The position numbers and the translations under genes are program-made. Below, one piece after another: positions 38,185 to 48,009 of a DNA stretch of 59,821 nucleotides. The stretch is from a virus. Taxonomy: Duplodnaviria > Caudoviricetes. The stretch spans positions 1 through 59,821 of the IMG/VR virus record IMGVR_UViG_3300045996_001015; one strand, given 5' to 3'. The notes beneath the pieces are model-generated. The model saw nothing but the letters and a program-made list of their open reading frames with translations. It did not search any database and was not told the origin of the DNA. Position 1 is the stretch's first letter. Every line of letters begins with the position of its first letter.

Positions 38185-38591
38185 TTAATAAACTCCCGTA
38201 TCTCTCCCTCGGACTTCGGCCCGATGAGATGCTTGTGCTTCCAAACGCCTTTGACCTTGAAATAAATCACTAACTGCGGGATCGACGTGCCATCGAGCAA
38301 CTGACCAGCCAGCTTGGAATCCGCGTCACAGTCCACGTGAATGTACTTCGCGCCCATTCGATCGAGCCTCGCTTGCATCTCGTGGCATGGCTTGCACCAC
38401 ACGGTTCCCAAGTGAACGAGCAAAGGCTTGCCAGACTCCATTGAGGCAGCGTAAGCGGTGGCATAGGTTTTCGGTTCTTCAATCTTGGCTTCGACCTTCA
38501 ACACAACAATAGGCTGAGCAAACGTCACCACCGCGCAAACCGTGAGGATCGCGAGGAACAGCACTATTGTTAGCGGATGAATGTGTTTCAT
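38181..38591 (-). CDS. Exported thioredoxin-like protein
   Basis: N-terminal signal/TM, WCKPC active site, cis-Pro loop SIPQL. Confidence 0.85.
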   Translation of the reverse strand: MKHIHPLTIVLFLAILTVCAVVTFAQPIVVLKVEAKIEEPKTYATAYAASMESGKPLLVHLGTVWCKPCHEMQARLDRMGAKYIHVDCDADSKLAGQLLDGTSIPQLVIYFKVKGVWKHKHLIGPKSEGEIREFIK

Positions 38592-38594
38592 TGG

Positions 38595-39446
38595 TTACGC
38601 TGAGTGTGCCAAGATACAAAGCTGATCGTCCGCCATTCCATGATTGAATGTTCGTGTGACTAAATGCGGAGTTCCGTCACTTGAATAGTTGTCGAGGTCA
38701 AGGAAACCGAATTCGCCGTTAGGCAAAACAAGCCCCCCGATCGTGGTAGTTTGGTGGCCGATTCTGTTGTATCCCGATGGAATAACCCAAGGGATCGGTT
38801 GCAAGCAAGCCGACATCTTCTCGTCATTGCTTCTCGGTGTTAATTCAATAACATCGGTTGGCTTATACTTTGCCGCATTGTCGCGACTCGGCTCAAAATA
38901 CTGACGACATCGAATCGCGTTCTGATTGTCTCTGGCGCATGTTGATGTGCCAGGAACACCGAACGGCCAGAATTCACGGCTTGCTACACCATGCTCGATC
39001 GCATAGTTGATTGCATTCACCCCCCAGCCGCCAACGTCACGATAGCCATTGATCGGGCCTGACACGCTGTAAGGACTTAGCTCCACAAACGGCAATCCAG
39101 CAAGCAATCGTGCGATCATAAGAGGCTGGCTAATCGACCCAAACGCCCAACATGAATTTGTTGGGTGTTGATTCTGCCATCCCTTCGGTGCCTCGCGGTT
39201 GATGATGTCGATCGGTCGAATTTTTTTTCGCTGTTGTTCCTCAATGCGTTCCTTCCACTGGTCGCGTGGAATCAGCAATTCCTTAGGAAACTCCCTTGAA
39301 TTCTTGATCGAACCTCGCGGTACGTCGTCGTAATTCCTGGCCGTGTAGCCAGACTCCGATACACCATTAGCATCGATATGCTTGACGAATTTCCAGTGTG
39401 TTGAATCGTCGTGAATCTCGCCGAAAATTTCAGATACGAATGCCAT
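38595..39446 (-). CDS. Papain-like (C1-type) cysteine peptidase
   Basis: NQHPTNSCWAFG (oxyanion Gln, catalytic Cys), ELSP, GHQTT (His) and DNY (Asn). Confidence 0.75.
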   Translation of the reverse strand: MAFVSEIFGEIHDDSTHWKFVKHIDANGVSESGYTARNYDDVPRGSIKNSREFPKELLIPRDQWKERIEEQQRKKIRPIDIINREAPKGWQNQHPTNSCWAFGSISQPLMIARLLAGLPFVELSPYSVSGPINGYRDVGGWGVNAINYAIEHGVASREFWPFGVPGTSTCARDNQNAIRCRQYFEPSRDNAAKYKPTDVIELTPRSNDEKMSACLQPIPWVIPSGYNRIGHQTTTIGGLVLPNGEFGFLDLDNYSSDGTPHLVTRTFNHGMADDQLCILAHSA

Positions 39447-40252
39447 TAGTCGCCTCCCTTTGACTTCAGTAATTTCAGTGTTTCTTCAGGTGTTTGCGGG
39501 AGCGGAAGAATTTCGAAATCCGCACCATTAGCAATGATGATCACAGGCGGCTTGGCTATCTTCGGCTTTGCGCCGTCCCAAATGGCCTTAATGGTGGGCG
39601 ATGTTTCGTGAATGACCGTTGTATTGTTCCAGTCCCAAAAACGACGTTCAGGTGTTTTGGTGGCGGAATCAAACGCGCAATGCGATTCAAGGTATTTCCT
39701 GACTTCAAGATCCGTAACAGAGGCGTTTGCTTTGTCGCCAGATCGTGATTCATACGCAATGATCACCCTCAACTTATCCTTGGGAATGATCGTTGTTTCA
39801 GGCTTCGGTGGCGGCGGAACGTCCGGCTTGTCCGGCGTGACAACGGGTTCATCTGGCTTAACAGGTGGTGGACGTGGCGCAGAACCATCCGTGACGACGA
39901 TCTTTCGAGTGAACCCAATATCGCCCGGCTTCGGGATCGCCTGTAGCGTCCACTCACCAAGGGCAAACTTACTGGCCGCCTGTTCAAACGCGGCATCAGC
40001 TCTCTTACCATCTTTATCAGTGAGGATGTACGACTCTGGAACGATCGGTTTCACTGGCTCAACAATTGGCTTCTCCGGCTCTTGTGGAGTAACCACCGGC
40101 GTAGCCACTGGCACAACAGCGGGCTTCGTTGAATTCTGGTAGATGAAGAATCCGAACATCCCGATGCCGATGAGAGCAACAATGTTTTGCTTCACCCATG
40201 ACATGGCTGCCGTAACTTCAGGCGGCGTTTCGATTTTTGGTTCGTCGGTCAT
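39446..40252 (-). CDS. Membrane-anchored Pro-rich protein with a C-terminal alpha/beta domain
   Basis: TM IVALIGIGMFGFFIY and PPPVKPDEP linkers. Stop codon overlaps the protease start. Confidence 0.7.
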   Translation of the reverse strand: MTDEPKIETPPEVTAAMSWVKQNIVALIGIGMFGFFIYQNSTKPAVVPVATPVVTPQEPEKPIVEPVKPIVPESYILTDKDGKRADAAFEQAASKFALGEWTLQAIPKPGDIGFTRKIVVTDGSAPRPPPVKPDEPVVTPDKPDVPPPPKPETTIIPKDKLRVIIAYESRSGDKANASVTDLEVRKYLESHCAFDSATKTPERRFWDWNNTTVIHETSPTIKAIWDGAKPKIAKPPVIIIANGADFEILPLPQTPEETLKLLKSKGGD

Positions 40253-40854
40253 TTTGAATAACTCATCCCAAGAATTCTGTTTGATGGAGTTTCAAACTTC
40301 TGCGGCTTGTAAAAATATGATGCTTGTCGAATGGATTCATCGTGTCCTTGTCGGGATCAAACATGATTCCCCACCAGTAACTTGAATCACTCGTATGGCA
40401 TGGCCTTCCCTCTTGATCGCGACGTTTCTTCGCTTCCTTCGCGAGCCGAGTCATGCCCTTTGTGCGGTCGTAATGGGCAGGGTTGTAACCCATTTACACC
40501 GCTCCCCGTGTGCCATCGTCATAAAACACAATCGTTTGCCCGTCGTTGATTGCCACAGCCTTTTCGTTGCCACAATCGAGGTAAAATTCTGGTGGTTCGC
40601 ACATTACCGTCGAATAATTCGGTGACGAAACACCTTCGGGCCAGCGGTCGCGACCTAGCGATGCCTGAAACACTTCGCGTTTGATTTCGTTCTTCATTGG
40701 TTTGCCTTGAAAATCATGAACATCACAACGCCCATAACAGCCCCAATCCCGCGATAACGATGCAAAGGAATGCCTGAAACTCTTTGGATGTTTCAAGGAA
40801 CAGGCAAACAATCGCCATCAGTACACAGCACGTAATTGCAATTTTGATCACGCT

Positions 40855-41289
40855 CTACTCCGGCGTTTCGTCAAGGAACAGCGGCAGGATAATCGCCCAG
40901 TTCTCGATGAAAAACTTGATCAACTTCTCAAGCATTGGTCGTGGCTTGCCAACAGCGGCGGAAAGCGAATCCGCGAGTTCGTCCGAATCCTCATCCGCGC
41001 CGAAAATATTCGTCGGGAATGTGTCGATGATCGGCTCAAGAATCGTAAGAACGTTTTTGAGATGGCCGATGATTTCTTTCAAATCAGCCTTGTTTACGCC
41101 GTCTTTCGTGAGCTCGTAAATGGCTTGAGCTTCTTCAATGAGTTCTTTCGCCGCGCCGGTGTTCTGAATCAGAAACGTGAGAATTGCGAACCGAGAGAGC
41201 AGCATGGCAGACGGTTTCCTTCCGATTAAGAGTGTTACCCGCGTTCGTTCGGGCGTGGCAAGAATGCCGCTGGGCGAACCATACGGCAA
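40855..41289 (-). CDS. Hypothetical protein with an amphipathic C-terminal helix
   Basis: LEKLIKFFIENWAIILPLFL. Confidence 0.5.
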   Translation of the reverse strand: MPYGSPSGILATPERTRVTLLIGRKPSAMLLSRFAILTFLIQNTGAAKELIEEAQAIYELTKDGVNKADLKEIIGHLKNVLTILEPIIDTFPTNIFGADEDSDELADSLSAAVGKPRPMLEKLIKFFIENWAIILPLFLDETPE

Positions 41290-41367
41290 GCTGTTTATCG
41301 CATCAGTGATTTTAGAGAATCACGAGAGAGAATGGATGGCGATTAGTACATGCGGATGTACAAATAA

Positions 41368-41571
41368 TCAAAATGTGCGGTGTGAAATCTCAAAGCATGA
41401 TTGGCATTTGCAGATTCGAGTCCGTTCGGTGCGCCCTGGCTCTGACCGTGTACTGAGAACGTAGAAGTCGCCACCGCATTTTTCCATCTCGCCGGTCAGT
41501 TCGTTTCGCTTTTGCTTCTGGCATGTTCCGAGCTTCCGGTTAAGCTCCTTGGTTGGTAGGTATCGTTTCAT
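41368..41571 (-). CDS. Ogr/Delta- or NrdR-like zinc-ribbon (putative late regulator)
   Basis: C...CGG...VLSTR...RTRICKCQSC. Confidence 0.5.
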   Translation of the reverse strand: MKRYLPTKELNRKLGTCQKQKRNELTGEMEKCGGDFYVLSTRSEPGRTERTRICKCQSCFEISHRTF

Positions 41572-41595
41572 GTCGCGTCCTTGCTGGGGTGGGTG

Positions 41596-42000
41596 TTATT
41601 GTGATTCAAAGAAAATCGGGTTAGCCTTAGCAACCAATTCCATTTCATCCTCGGATAGATAGTTTGAATTTGATGCGGCCCAAGTATCGTAATTTGGCAT
41701 GCCGTCCTTGACCCACCTAAATAAACGGAGAAGCTCGTTCATTGAGTGATTGCCGCAATTCTTCATTCGCAGCAATAATTCCATATCCACCTTGCTAAAA
41801 AGCAAGTAAACAAATCGCGATTCACGCCACGTCCTCGCATCTGTACGAACGGCACCTATACGAACCAATGCCTTTCTCGCGCGAGTGGTTATGATTTTCA
41901 TGAACAGGCTTCCTTGGATTTTCGCTTCTCGAATTGGTGACGGAACGCCGCTCAGCCGTTCTTTGTAGTGGTCAAGCATTGCATCGCTAATAAAATCCAT
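41596..42000 (-). CDS. Second RNA polymerase alpha-CTD-like protein
   Basis: TTRARKAL ... ELLLRMKNCGNHSMNEL. Confidence 0.55.
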   Translation of the reverse strand: MDFISDAMLDHYKERLSGVPSPIREAKIQGSLFMKIITTRARKALVRIGAVRTDARTWRESRFVYLLFSKVDMELLLRMKNCGNHSMNELLRLFRWVKDGMPNYDTWAASNSNYLSEDEMELVAKANPIFFESQ

Positions 42001-42013
42001 CGTTCCCTCGTGG

Positions 42014-42409
42014 TTAAATTTCCGTGATCGTGATTAGGGTGTATTCCATTTCCTCTTTGCCGATTTTCGTTTGTTCTGAGATGACTTGTTTGACGTAGTC
42101 GGGGCCGTCATCTTTGATAATTGATCCCTTAACAAGAGCATCTTCAACGTCTTTTGTGTACACGTTTGAGTGATCACAGAGTCGATGTCTAAATTGATGC
42201 ACTCTAATGACAACTGGATTGTCGAATCGCGGACTCGCTCCCTCTTGAAGTGGTGCATTCGCAGCACGACGTTTTTGCTTAGGAGTTTCGTCGGTATCGC
42301 AAACGCCAGCGACTTCTTTTCCGTTGTTTTGTTTTCTGAGCTCATTCCATACCGCGTCCTTCCATGCGTCCGGCACTGATTCAAAGTCCTTGAAGTTTAT
42401 CGCTGCCAT
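42014..42409 (-). CDS. RusA-like Holliday junction resolvase
   Basis: CDHSNVYTKDVEDALVKGSIIKDD matches the DxxN-K-DAL-DD pattern. Confidence 0.65.
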   Translation of the reverse strand: MAAINFKDFESVPDAWKDAVWNELRKQNNGKEVAGVCDTDETPKQKRRAANAPLQEGASPRFDNPVVIRVHQFRHRLCDHSNVYTKDVEDALVKGSIIKDDGPDYVKQVISEQTKIGKEEMEYTLITITEI

Positions 42410-42644
42410 AAATCACTCCGCGCCACCATGTCAGATTCGTTTGAAAGTTTCATAATTTGTACCGTTGGGTTGACATGTCAAATCGTGAGTTCAGTCCCGC
42501 CTCGCACATTCGGATATGTTTCAAAAACAAGAGATTAACCCTACGCACCGCCCTCTGGACCGACGCCGTGTGCCAGTGCGTAAACGAACGTTTCATCGCC
42601 TTCCTAGCCACTCTCAGTTTCATCGCTCGCTCCATCGTTAGGGG

Positions 42645-42965
42645 TTATCCGTAATGTACAAATTCGTCTTTGGTCGGTATCGCTTCGGGGATGTCGTCGA
42701 TCCAAATATCAACAGCGAATCCCTGTCGTGTTGCGTACTGTCGCTTAGGCTCGCTCATTGAGAGCAGAACCGGAACGCCCTTGGGTAAGGCGGTTGTTAG
42801 CTCCTGCCGATGCCCTACGTCGTTGTGACGCGCCGAAACGCATATCACTTGATGTCCGTGGCGTTGCAGCTCTCGGATGACCGCTGACCACGCTTCTACG
42901 TCCGCCGTGAACGTGTTATCAAAGTCAATCGCGATCGTTAGCTGCGGTCTCAAAATGGCCTCCAA
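42645..42965 (-). CDS. HAD-like small phosphatase
   Basis: IAIDFDNTF, CVSAR and IWIDD. Confidence 0.75.
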   Translation of the reverse strand: MEAILRPQLTIAIDFDNTFTADVEAWSAVIRELQRHGHQVICVSARHNDVGHRQELTTALPKGVPVLLSMSEPKRQYATRQGFAVDIWIDDIPEAIPTKDEFVHYG

Positions 42966-43273
42966 TTGACTAATGTTTAGTTCTGAACTGTAGTATCATT
43001 GGACAAATGTTAATTTGGGCAACTGTCGTTAAGCCGCCTAGCTTCGCGTCTAAAGCGTGATCTCGGTTTTCGATTCACCGGACGCAACCGGCATCCAATC
43101 GCTTTCAGGCGGCGATGGGGCGGGCTGGGGGATGGGTTCTAGCCCAAGGTTGAATCCCTTCTGCTCCAATAGCAATGCGACTTGGAGATGGCCACGAAAC
43201 CGTTCACTTGGATTCTCGATAACGATTGGCACAAACTGGTTTCCCTTGTCGTCAACGGTTGTGATCGTGATGG

Positions 43274-43525
43274 TCATGCCTGCTCCTTGCGGGCTGCGTC
43301 GATGGCCTCGCGGAAAGTTTTGTGTCGTCCAAGGTTTCTTGGCCTCGTTAATATCTCGCATGTTCCGTCCATCTTGAGCGAACTGTAAGTGACGTACTTT
43401 GGCTGGCTAAGGAATTCCAGCCGCCGATGGTCTGCGAGGAGCGCGGAGAGCGCATTAAATCTCTTGTCACCGATCGGATAATTTTCAACCATTCGTTCGA
43501 TTAAATTCACTTGTTCCGGTGTCAT
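43274..43525 (-). CDS. Hypothetical phage protein
   Basis: DHRRLEFL ... REAIDAA motif. SD GGAGGAG. Confidence 0.6.
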   Translation of the reverse strand: MTPEQVNLIERMVENYPIGDKRFNALSALLADHRRLEFLSQPKYVTYSSLKMDGTCEILTRPRNLGRHKTFREAIDAARKEQA

Positions 43526-43578
43526 GCTTGCTCCTCCGTGAGTGGGATTTCTTTTCGCTCGCTCGTGCTCGTGGTCAT

Positions 43579-43600
43579 GGGGGGGGGGGGCTCCGGGGGG
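43579..43600. repeat. Homopolymer tract G12-CTCC-G6
   Basis: Seen directly. Confidence 0.9.
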
Positions 43601-44251
43601 CTAAATATCGTTCATGGTTTTTAGGAATGGCACATTGCTCGTTAACCGCGGACTCGAGTTCTGGCTGGCTCCGATTCGCCGCGGCTCAATCTTCGGTAGG
43701 CCGGTTTCAATCTCAATTACCTTTTGGCGTTCATGCTCAATTCCATTCGTTGCATCGAAGTAACCGGGCAATGGCTTGGCTTCCTCGAGTCCGACACCCG
43801 ATTGAACCAAAGAGGTGTAAACTTGCTCGAATTTCTTACGGAGCCAAACTTCCCATTGCTCGAGTGGCTTGCTTGCTTCGTCACAAACGAACATCCAACC
43901 ACCAAGGTTTCTGATAGCGGCGTTCAGAATGACATCATCAAAATGAACGGTCTTGTAATATCCATGAATCGCAACAGCATCATCGAGAATCTTCCACGCC
44001 TTGATTGCTCGAGCTGCCGGTGATAACACGCCGCACATTTCGCGTAATTCGACTACCTTGGGCATGAATCGCAGTTCGCGGATCGCTCGCTTAATCGCTC
44101 GAGCAACGTCCACAATGTCAATGTCCTCGAGTCCCATTGCGTAAGTGTTCAATGTGACCGCCGTTAGCTTAAACCCGAAATTTTCAGCCATAGCAGTAAC
44201 CAGCGGTGCAAGCTGTTTTTCAAATGGAAATGGCTTAGAAACTTGGCTCAT
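43601..44251 (-). CDS. Replication accessory/helicase-loader-like protein (DUF6475-like)
   Basis: FMPKVVELRE and FDDVILNAAIRNLGGW. Follows the initiator. Confidence 0.7.
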   Translation of the reverse strand: MSQVSKPFPFEKQLAPLVTAMAENFGFKLTAVTLNTYAMGLEDIDIVDVARAIKRAIRELRFMPKVVELREMCGVLSPAARAIKAWKILDDAVAIHGYYKTVHFDDVILNAAIRNLGGWMFVCDEASKPLEQWEVWLRKKFEQVYTSLVQSGVGLEEAKPLPGYFDATNGIEHERQKVIEIETGLPKIEPRRIGASQNSSPRLTSNVPFLKTMNDI

Positions 44252-45092
44252 CGCTGCCCCCTGTTCTCATGTAAGTCTCGAGAACGGCAAAATTTCCTCG
44301 AGGGTCGGAATTGGCTACCTGACTTGAGGATCTTTGCCACTTGCTCTGGTCGTCGTCGAATTTCCCCGCATTCAGCCATGATGCAGGATAGGGAACGAAT
44401 TCACCTGCATTGCCTGCCGGTGAGTTCGCGTAAACTCGAGTCACCTGCTCGAGCCACGCCTGGGCCTCGAGTTCAGTCATGGATTTGTTCAAGGCGATTT
44501 CCTTGATTGCGCGACCAAACGCCGAAGACGCCTTCGCCTTGGACTCCTTCCTTGGGTAAATCGAGTACCACGATTCAAATTCGCTCGAGTAGGTTGGTTT
44601 GGGCGATTTCTTTGAAATGGCCGAGCCGCTAGGCGAGGGAGTATTTAGATCGGAAGACTGCAAACCGGAAACAGAAGAAGAAGACGAAGACAGAAGACAG
44701 AAGACAGAAGAGCTATCGAGTGGCGATTGATTCGCTACGGTTTCGCCAATGGCAGTGCCATTGGGGTCGCCATTTTTTGCCCATCGCTTTTCGGCACCAG
44801 CTTTCCCATTTTCACTTTGTCTCTTAATGAAGTCCGTCTTCTCGTTTCGTATCCGTTCTATTCGTTCATTGACAAGGTGCGTTCCTGTGTCAACAAATTT
44901 CTTTAAGACTCTCGGTGGAATGTCCGCACCCATTACGAGAGCGTTTAAGTTGTCCTTTTCAAGCGGCCCGCCCTCGAGCCATTGGTTGCAAATCAATTTC
45001 CAGTAAATGCCAAACTCTTCGTTTGTCATTCTGGCAGTTCCTGCAAGAAGGTCTTGGGCGTAACACGGAAATGACGGGGGTGATTTAGCCAT
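44235..45092 (-). CDS. Replication initiator (YdaU/DUF1376 family)
   Basis: FPCYAQDLLAGT..MTNEEFGIY, NGKAGAEKRW, FESWYSIYPRK and YPASWLN. Confidence 0.85.
   Translation of the reverse strand: MAKSPPSFPCYAQDLLAGTARMTNEEFGIYWKLICNQWLEGGPLEKDNLNALVMGADIPPRVLKKFVDTGTHLVNERIERIRNEKTDFIKRQSENGKAGAEKRWAKNGDPNGTAIGETVANQSPLDSSSVFCLLSSSSSSVSGLQSSDLNTPSPSGSAISKKSPKPTYSSEFESWYSIYPRKESKAKASSAFGRAIKEIALNKSMTELEAQAWLEQVTRVYANSPAGNAGEFVPYPASWLNAGKFDDDQSKWQRSSSQVANSDPRGNFAVLETYMRTGGSDEPSF
44671..44775. repeat. Iteron-like repeats within the initiator gene (probable origin)
   Basis: Tandem GAAGACA 7-mers plus repeated GCCA(A/T)T(G) motifs. Confidence 0.5.
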
Positions 45093-45345
45093 TGGAGTAG
45101 CAATCTCCCGGCCACCGAGATGGTCTTTTTACTCGACTTTTTGATCCATATGTGTCAGATTTTTTGTGACAGTTATGGCACAAAACTCGAGCGTTTGTTA
45201 CATCAAGCCTGAGTTCTGGAAACTTCGACACTGGCTTAATGTGATCAACTTCTGGACGTTGTGTTGATTGACAAAGAACGCACTTTCGCCCGTCTCTCTC
45301 AAGAACGGTTTTGTGAAACCGATAGTAACTTATTTGCTTTGCCAT
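45085..45345 (-). CDS. HNH endonuclease
   Basis: RDGRKCVLC, EVDHIKP and NARVLCHNCH. Confidence 0.9.
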   Translation of the reverse strand: MAKQISYYRFHKTVLERDGRKCVLCQSTQRPEVDHIKPVSKFPELRLDVTNARVLCHNCHKKSDTYGSKSRVKRPSRWPGDCYSNG

Positions 45346-45398
45346 ATCCGCTCACCCTTCGTCCTTGTGTCCTTGGTGTACATCAATCCCGTAACTTC

Positions 45399-45653
45399 CT
45401 AAACTTTCGCCTTCTTCTCTAAATCCTGCATGTCAACCGTTCGATAGGCCCGCTTGTCAACGAATCTGGTTGACCACCGCTTCCATCTATGTGAGCCGCG
45501 AGTTGTTTCGATAATTGTCCTTGCTTCCTGCTTGGTGAACATGCGAGCGTTATCAAGCCGCGTCGTGTATCCGCAGTTTCCATCGGCCCAAAAGTACGGC
45601 GAGTTTCCAAGGAAGCCCATCGACAGATTTTGTAAGTAATAAAGCTCGACCAT
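45399..45653 (-). CDS. Hypothetical phage protein
   Basis: GNSPYFW...GYTTRLDNARMFT motif. Confidence 0.65.
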   Translation of the reverse strand: MVELYYLQNLSMGFLGNSPYFWADGNCGYTTRLDNARMFTKQEARTIIETTRGSHRWKRWSTRFVDKRAYRTVDMQDLEKKAKV

Positions 45654-45742
45654 GTTGGTTTCCTTTGCTCGTCCTTGTCCTTGCGGTTTCTGGTCCTGTC
45701 TAGCTTGGGGTGCCTACACCGGTGCGGTCAAACCTTGCGGTG

Positions 45743-46384
45743 TTACTCTCGCTTGAGGTTACAAACGACAATCATGCACTCTTTGCATTTCACAAATAAG
45801 GCGTTCTTGTCGTCTTTGATGTCGTTGAAAAAAGCGATTGGCTCATACATCTTGATTCGTTCGATGTACGTTCGGTTGTAGGTTCCGCTACCCACGACCG
45901 TAAGTGAGGATTCTGGGGCAATCTGCCCCTCGCCCTTGCATGATTGGCATCGCTGAATTCCGAATCCGCCGCGACCGTTGCACTCCTTGCATTCATCCTC
46001 GTGGCCGCATTTATCGCATTCGTGGGTGCCGGTGCCGGCACAGATGTCACATGGATCGAAATCTAGCAACCCTTTCCCACTGCAGTGCATGCAGCGATGG
46101 GTGTAGCCATGATCTTCGTTTATCGTTACTTCGGGCCAAGGAGACCATTGTGTGTCAGGGATCTCGTGAAAGCGATTGATAATTAAACCGAGGTCGGGAT
46201 AACGAAATCCGTCTGGCGGTTCGGAATTATCTTTATCTGTTGGGTACATCAACGCGATTCGGCCATCAGTGGCCATTACGTGACTGTGTCGCACGAACGG
46301 CTTTTTGAGCGGGGTAAAATCGATATCGCAAAACCGAAGTACGTTCTTCATTTTGAACGGTTCAAATTGTGTGGCAGTTGCCAT
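45743..46384 (-). CDS. Protein with DnaJ-type CxxCxGxG zinc-finger repeats
   Basis: CMHCSGKG, CDICAGTG, CKECNGRG and CQSCKGEG. Confidence 0.75.
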   Translation of the reverse strand: MATATQFEPFKMKNVLRFCDIDFTPLKKPFVRHSHVMATDGRIALMYPTDKDNSEPPDGFRYPDLGLIINRFHEIPDTQWSPWPEVTINEDHGYTHRCMHCSGKGLLDFDPCDICAGTGTHECDKCGHEDECKECNGRGGFGIQRCQSCKGEGQIAPESSLTVVGSGTYNRTYIERIKMYEPIAFFNDIKDDKNALFVKCKECMIVVCNLKRE

Positions 46385-46440
46385 CGTTATTCCCTTAGTT
46401 AAAGTTCCTATGTTCCGCCATCAACCGGGGCCTTCTTGGC

Positions 46441-47010
46441 TTATTTCATTGCGAGATATTCGTCTGCGAATTTTGTCGTGATCCCGTGCGGCGGCATTCC
46501 GATTGAAAAACAACTAATAACTTGGCCCATGATGTAACGCCCTGTGCCCTCTTTTGTGTCGCATTTGTGCGCGTCGTTACCAGTGTTCTCGTTTTTGATA
46601 TAGCCGTGCGATTCAAGGATTTCGATTGCCTTGCCCTTGTCGTAATTACCTGTGCCAATTTCAGCCAATTCGCGAGCCCATCGAATATGCTCGTCAAGTG
46701 TTTCGAGCTTCGGTAGTAAACTAATCAATTGATCAACTCGCGCCTGTTCTGTACGCTCCTGCATCTCACGGCGTTTCTTGTCGGCAATGCCTTTAGGGCT
46801 TGCTTCGTACTCAAGTCGCGACCTGTGAAGTGCTGCGTCGTAATCCATGCTGACTGAAACGGCTGAACTGCTCGGCAGGGCTTCCAGTGCAACACCGTTG
46901 AACAAAAATCGCACGAGGCAATTTGATTCAATGGCCTGATCGATTGCTTTTTGTGCGACGAATTCAATGTGATCACCGCATCGCGATTCGTATTTAAGTC
47001 GTTCCGCCAT
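46441..47010 (-). CDS. Hypothetical protein
   Basis: 189-aa ORF in the early array. Confidence 0.6.
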   Translation of the reverse strand: MAERLKYESRCGDHIEFVAQKAIDQAIESNCLVRFLFNGVALEALPSSSAVSVSMDYDAALHRSRLEYEASPKGIADKKRREMQERTEQARVDQLISLLPKLETLDEHIRWARELAEIGTGNYDKGKAIEILESHGYIKNENTGNDAHKCDTKEGTGRYIMGQVISCFSIGMPPHGITTKFADEYLAMK

Positions 47011-47330
47011 AATTTGCGCATCTCACGTAAAAGGTCTATTTTCTGGTGTTCAACTACATTCACCGATAGTTTCAAAATAAAAATGAGTTCTCGTTTAAGT
47101 GAATCCGCTCGGATAGCGGCCAATGATGTCTTGTAGGGACTGAATCGTTATCAAAGCCCTTGCTCGGTCTGACAATGTTCTGATCGCATAAATGAATCGC
47201 ATTAAAAGGTAGTGGAGATACAGCAACGTCCAGAGGAATTCGCGATGTCGCCACTCCGCAAGTTGTCCTGGTGTTAAATCGCCCACGATCTTCTCCAATT
47301 AGTTGTGATCAAGCTAAACCCACTATGCGG

Positions 47331-47549
47331 TTAAACTTTCTTCATTTCGGCTTCGAGTATTCGAAGGGCCTTTTCGACCTGATTGAATGCGAGGTATGTA
47401 TCTTTTGGTAGGTAAGCACACGCGAGACGCAACTCACCGAATGCCTTTTTGACGGCCTTGAACTCCCGTTTCTTCTGTGCGTGAAATTGCTTCCGAGTAC
47501 CAAAGTGTTGGCGAACTAAATCTGGGTAGTTCTTCGTTGCTCGTGCCAT
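47331..47549 (-). CDS. Hypothetical protein
   Basis: Start placed at the duplicated initiation region GTACGAGGGTAAGAAGATG. Confidence 0.55.
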   Translation of the reverse strand: MARATKNYPDLVRQHFGTRKQFHAQKKREFKAVKKAFGELRLACAYLPKDTYLAFNQVEKALRILEAEMKKV

Positions 47550-48009
47550 CTTCTTACCCTCGTACGTGGTTAAAAATAAACCTGTCGGACCCACACCCTG
47601 GCGCACAATCAATAATCTGTCAGTGACAGGGGTCTTGAGTGTTGCCACGTCGATGCAATCGCTCTTTCGAGGGGCCGTGCTTTTTTCATGGCATCCCGAC
47701 AGTACACCTACAATCTCAATGAGCCAAAATCTACCAACGCAGTCATTTCGTGATGGTGAGCTTGAGACACGCTATCTCGTTTGGCGACCATCCTTTGTGT
47801 GGCAACCATTTTCTTTTGCAGTTAATGACACTCGACGCATCAACACATAGACCGTCGTGCTGCAAAACCATCGTCCACCCACAGTATTCGCACACGCCAA
47901 AATCACTTGATGATGATTCGCGAACATCCATTTCAATAAAATCACCACCCCACGAAACGAGTGCTGTTTTCTTCTTTGTAAACGGCCACATTTTTCCACC
48001 TTTTTCGTG

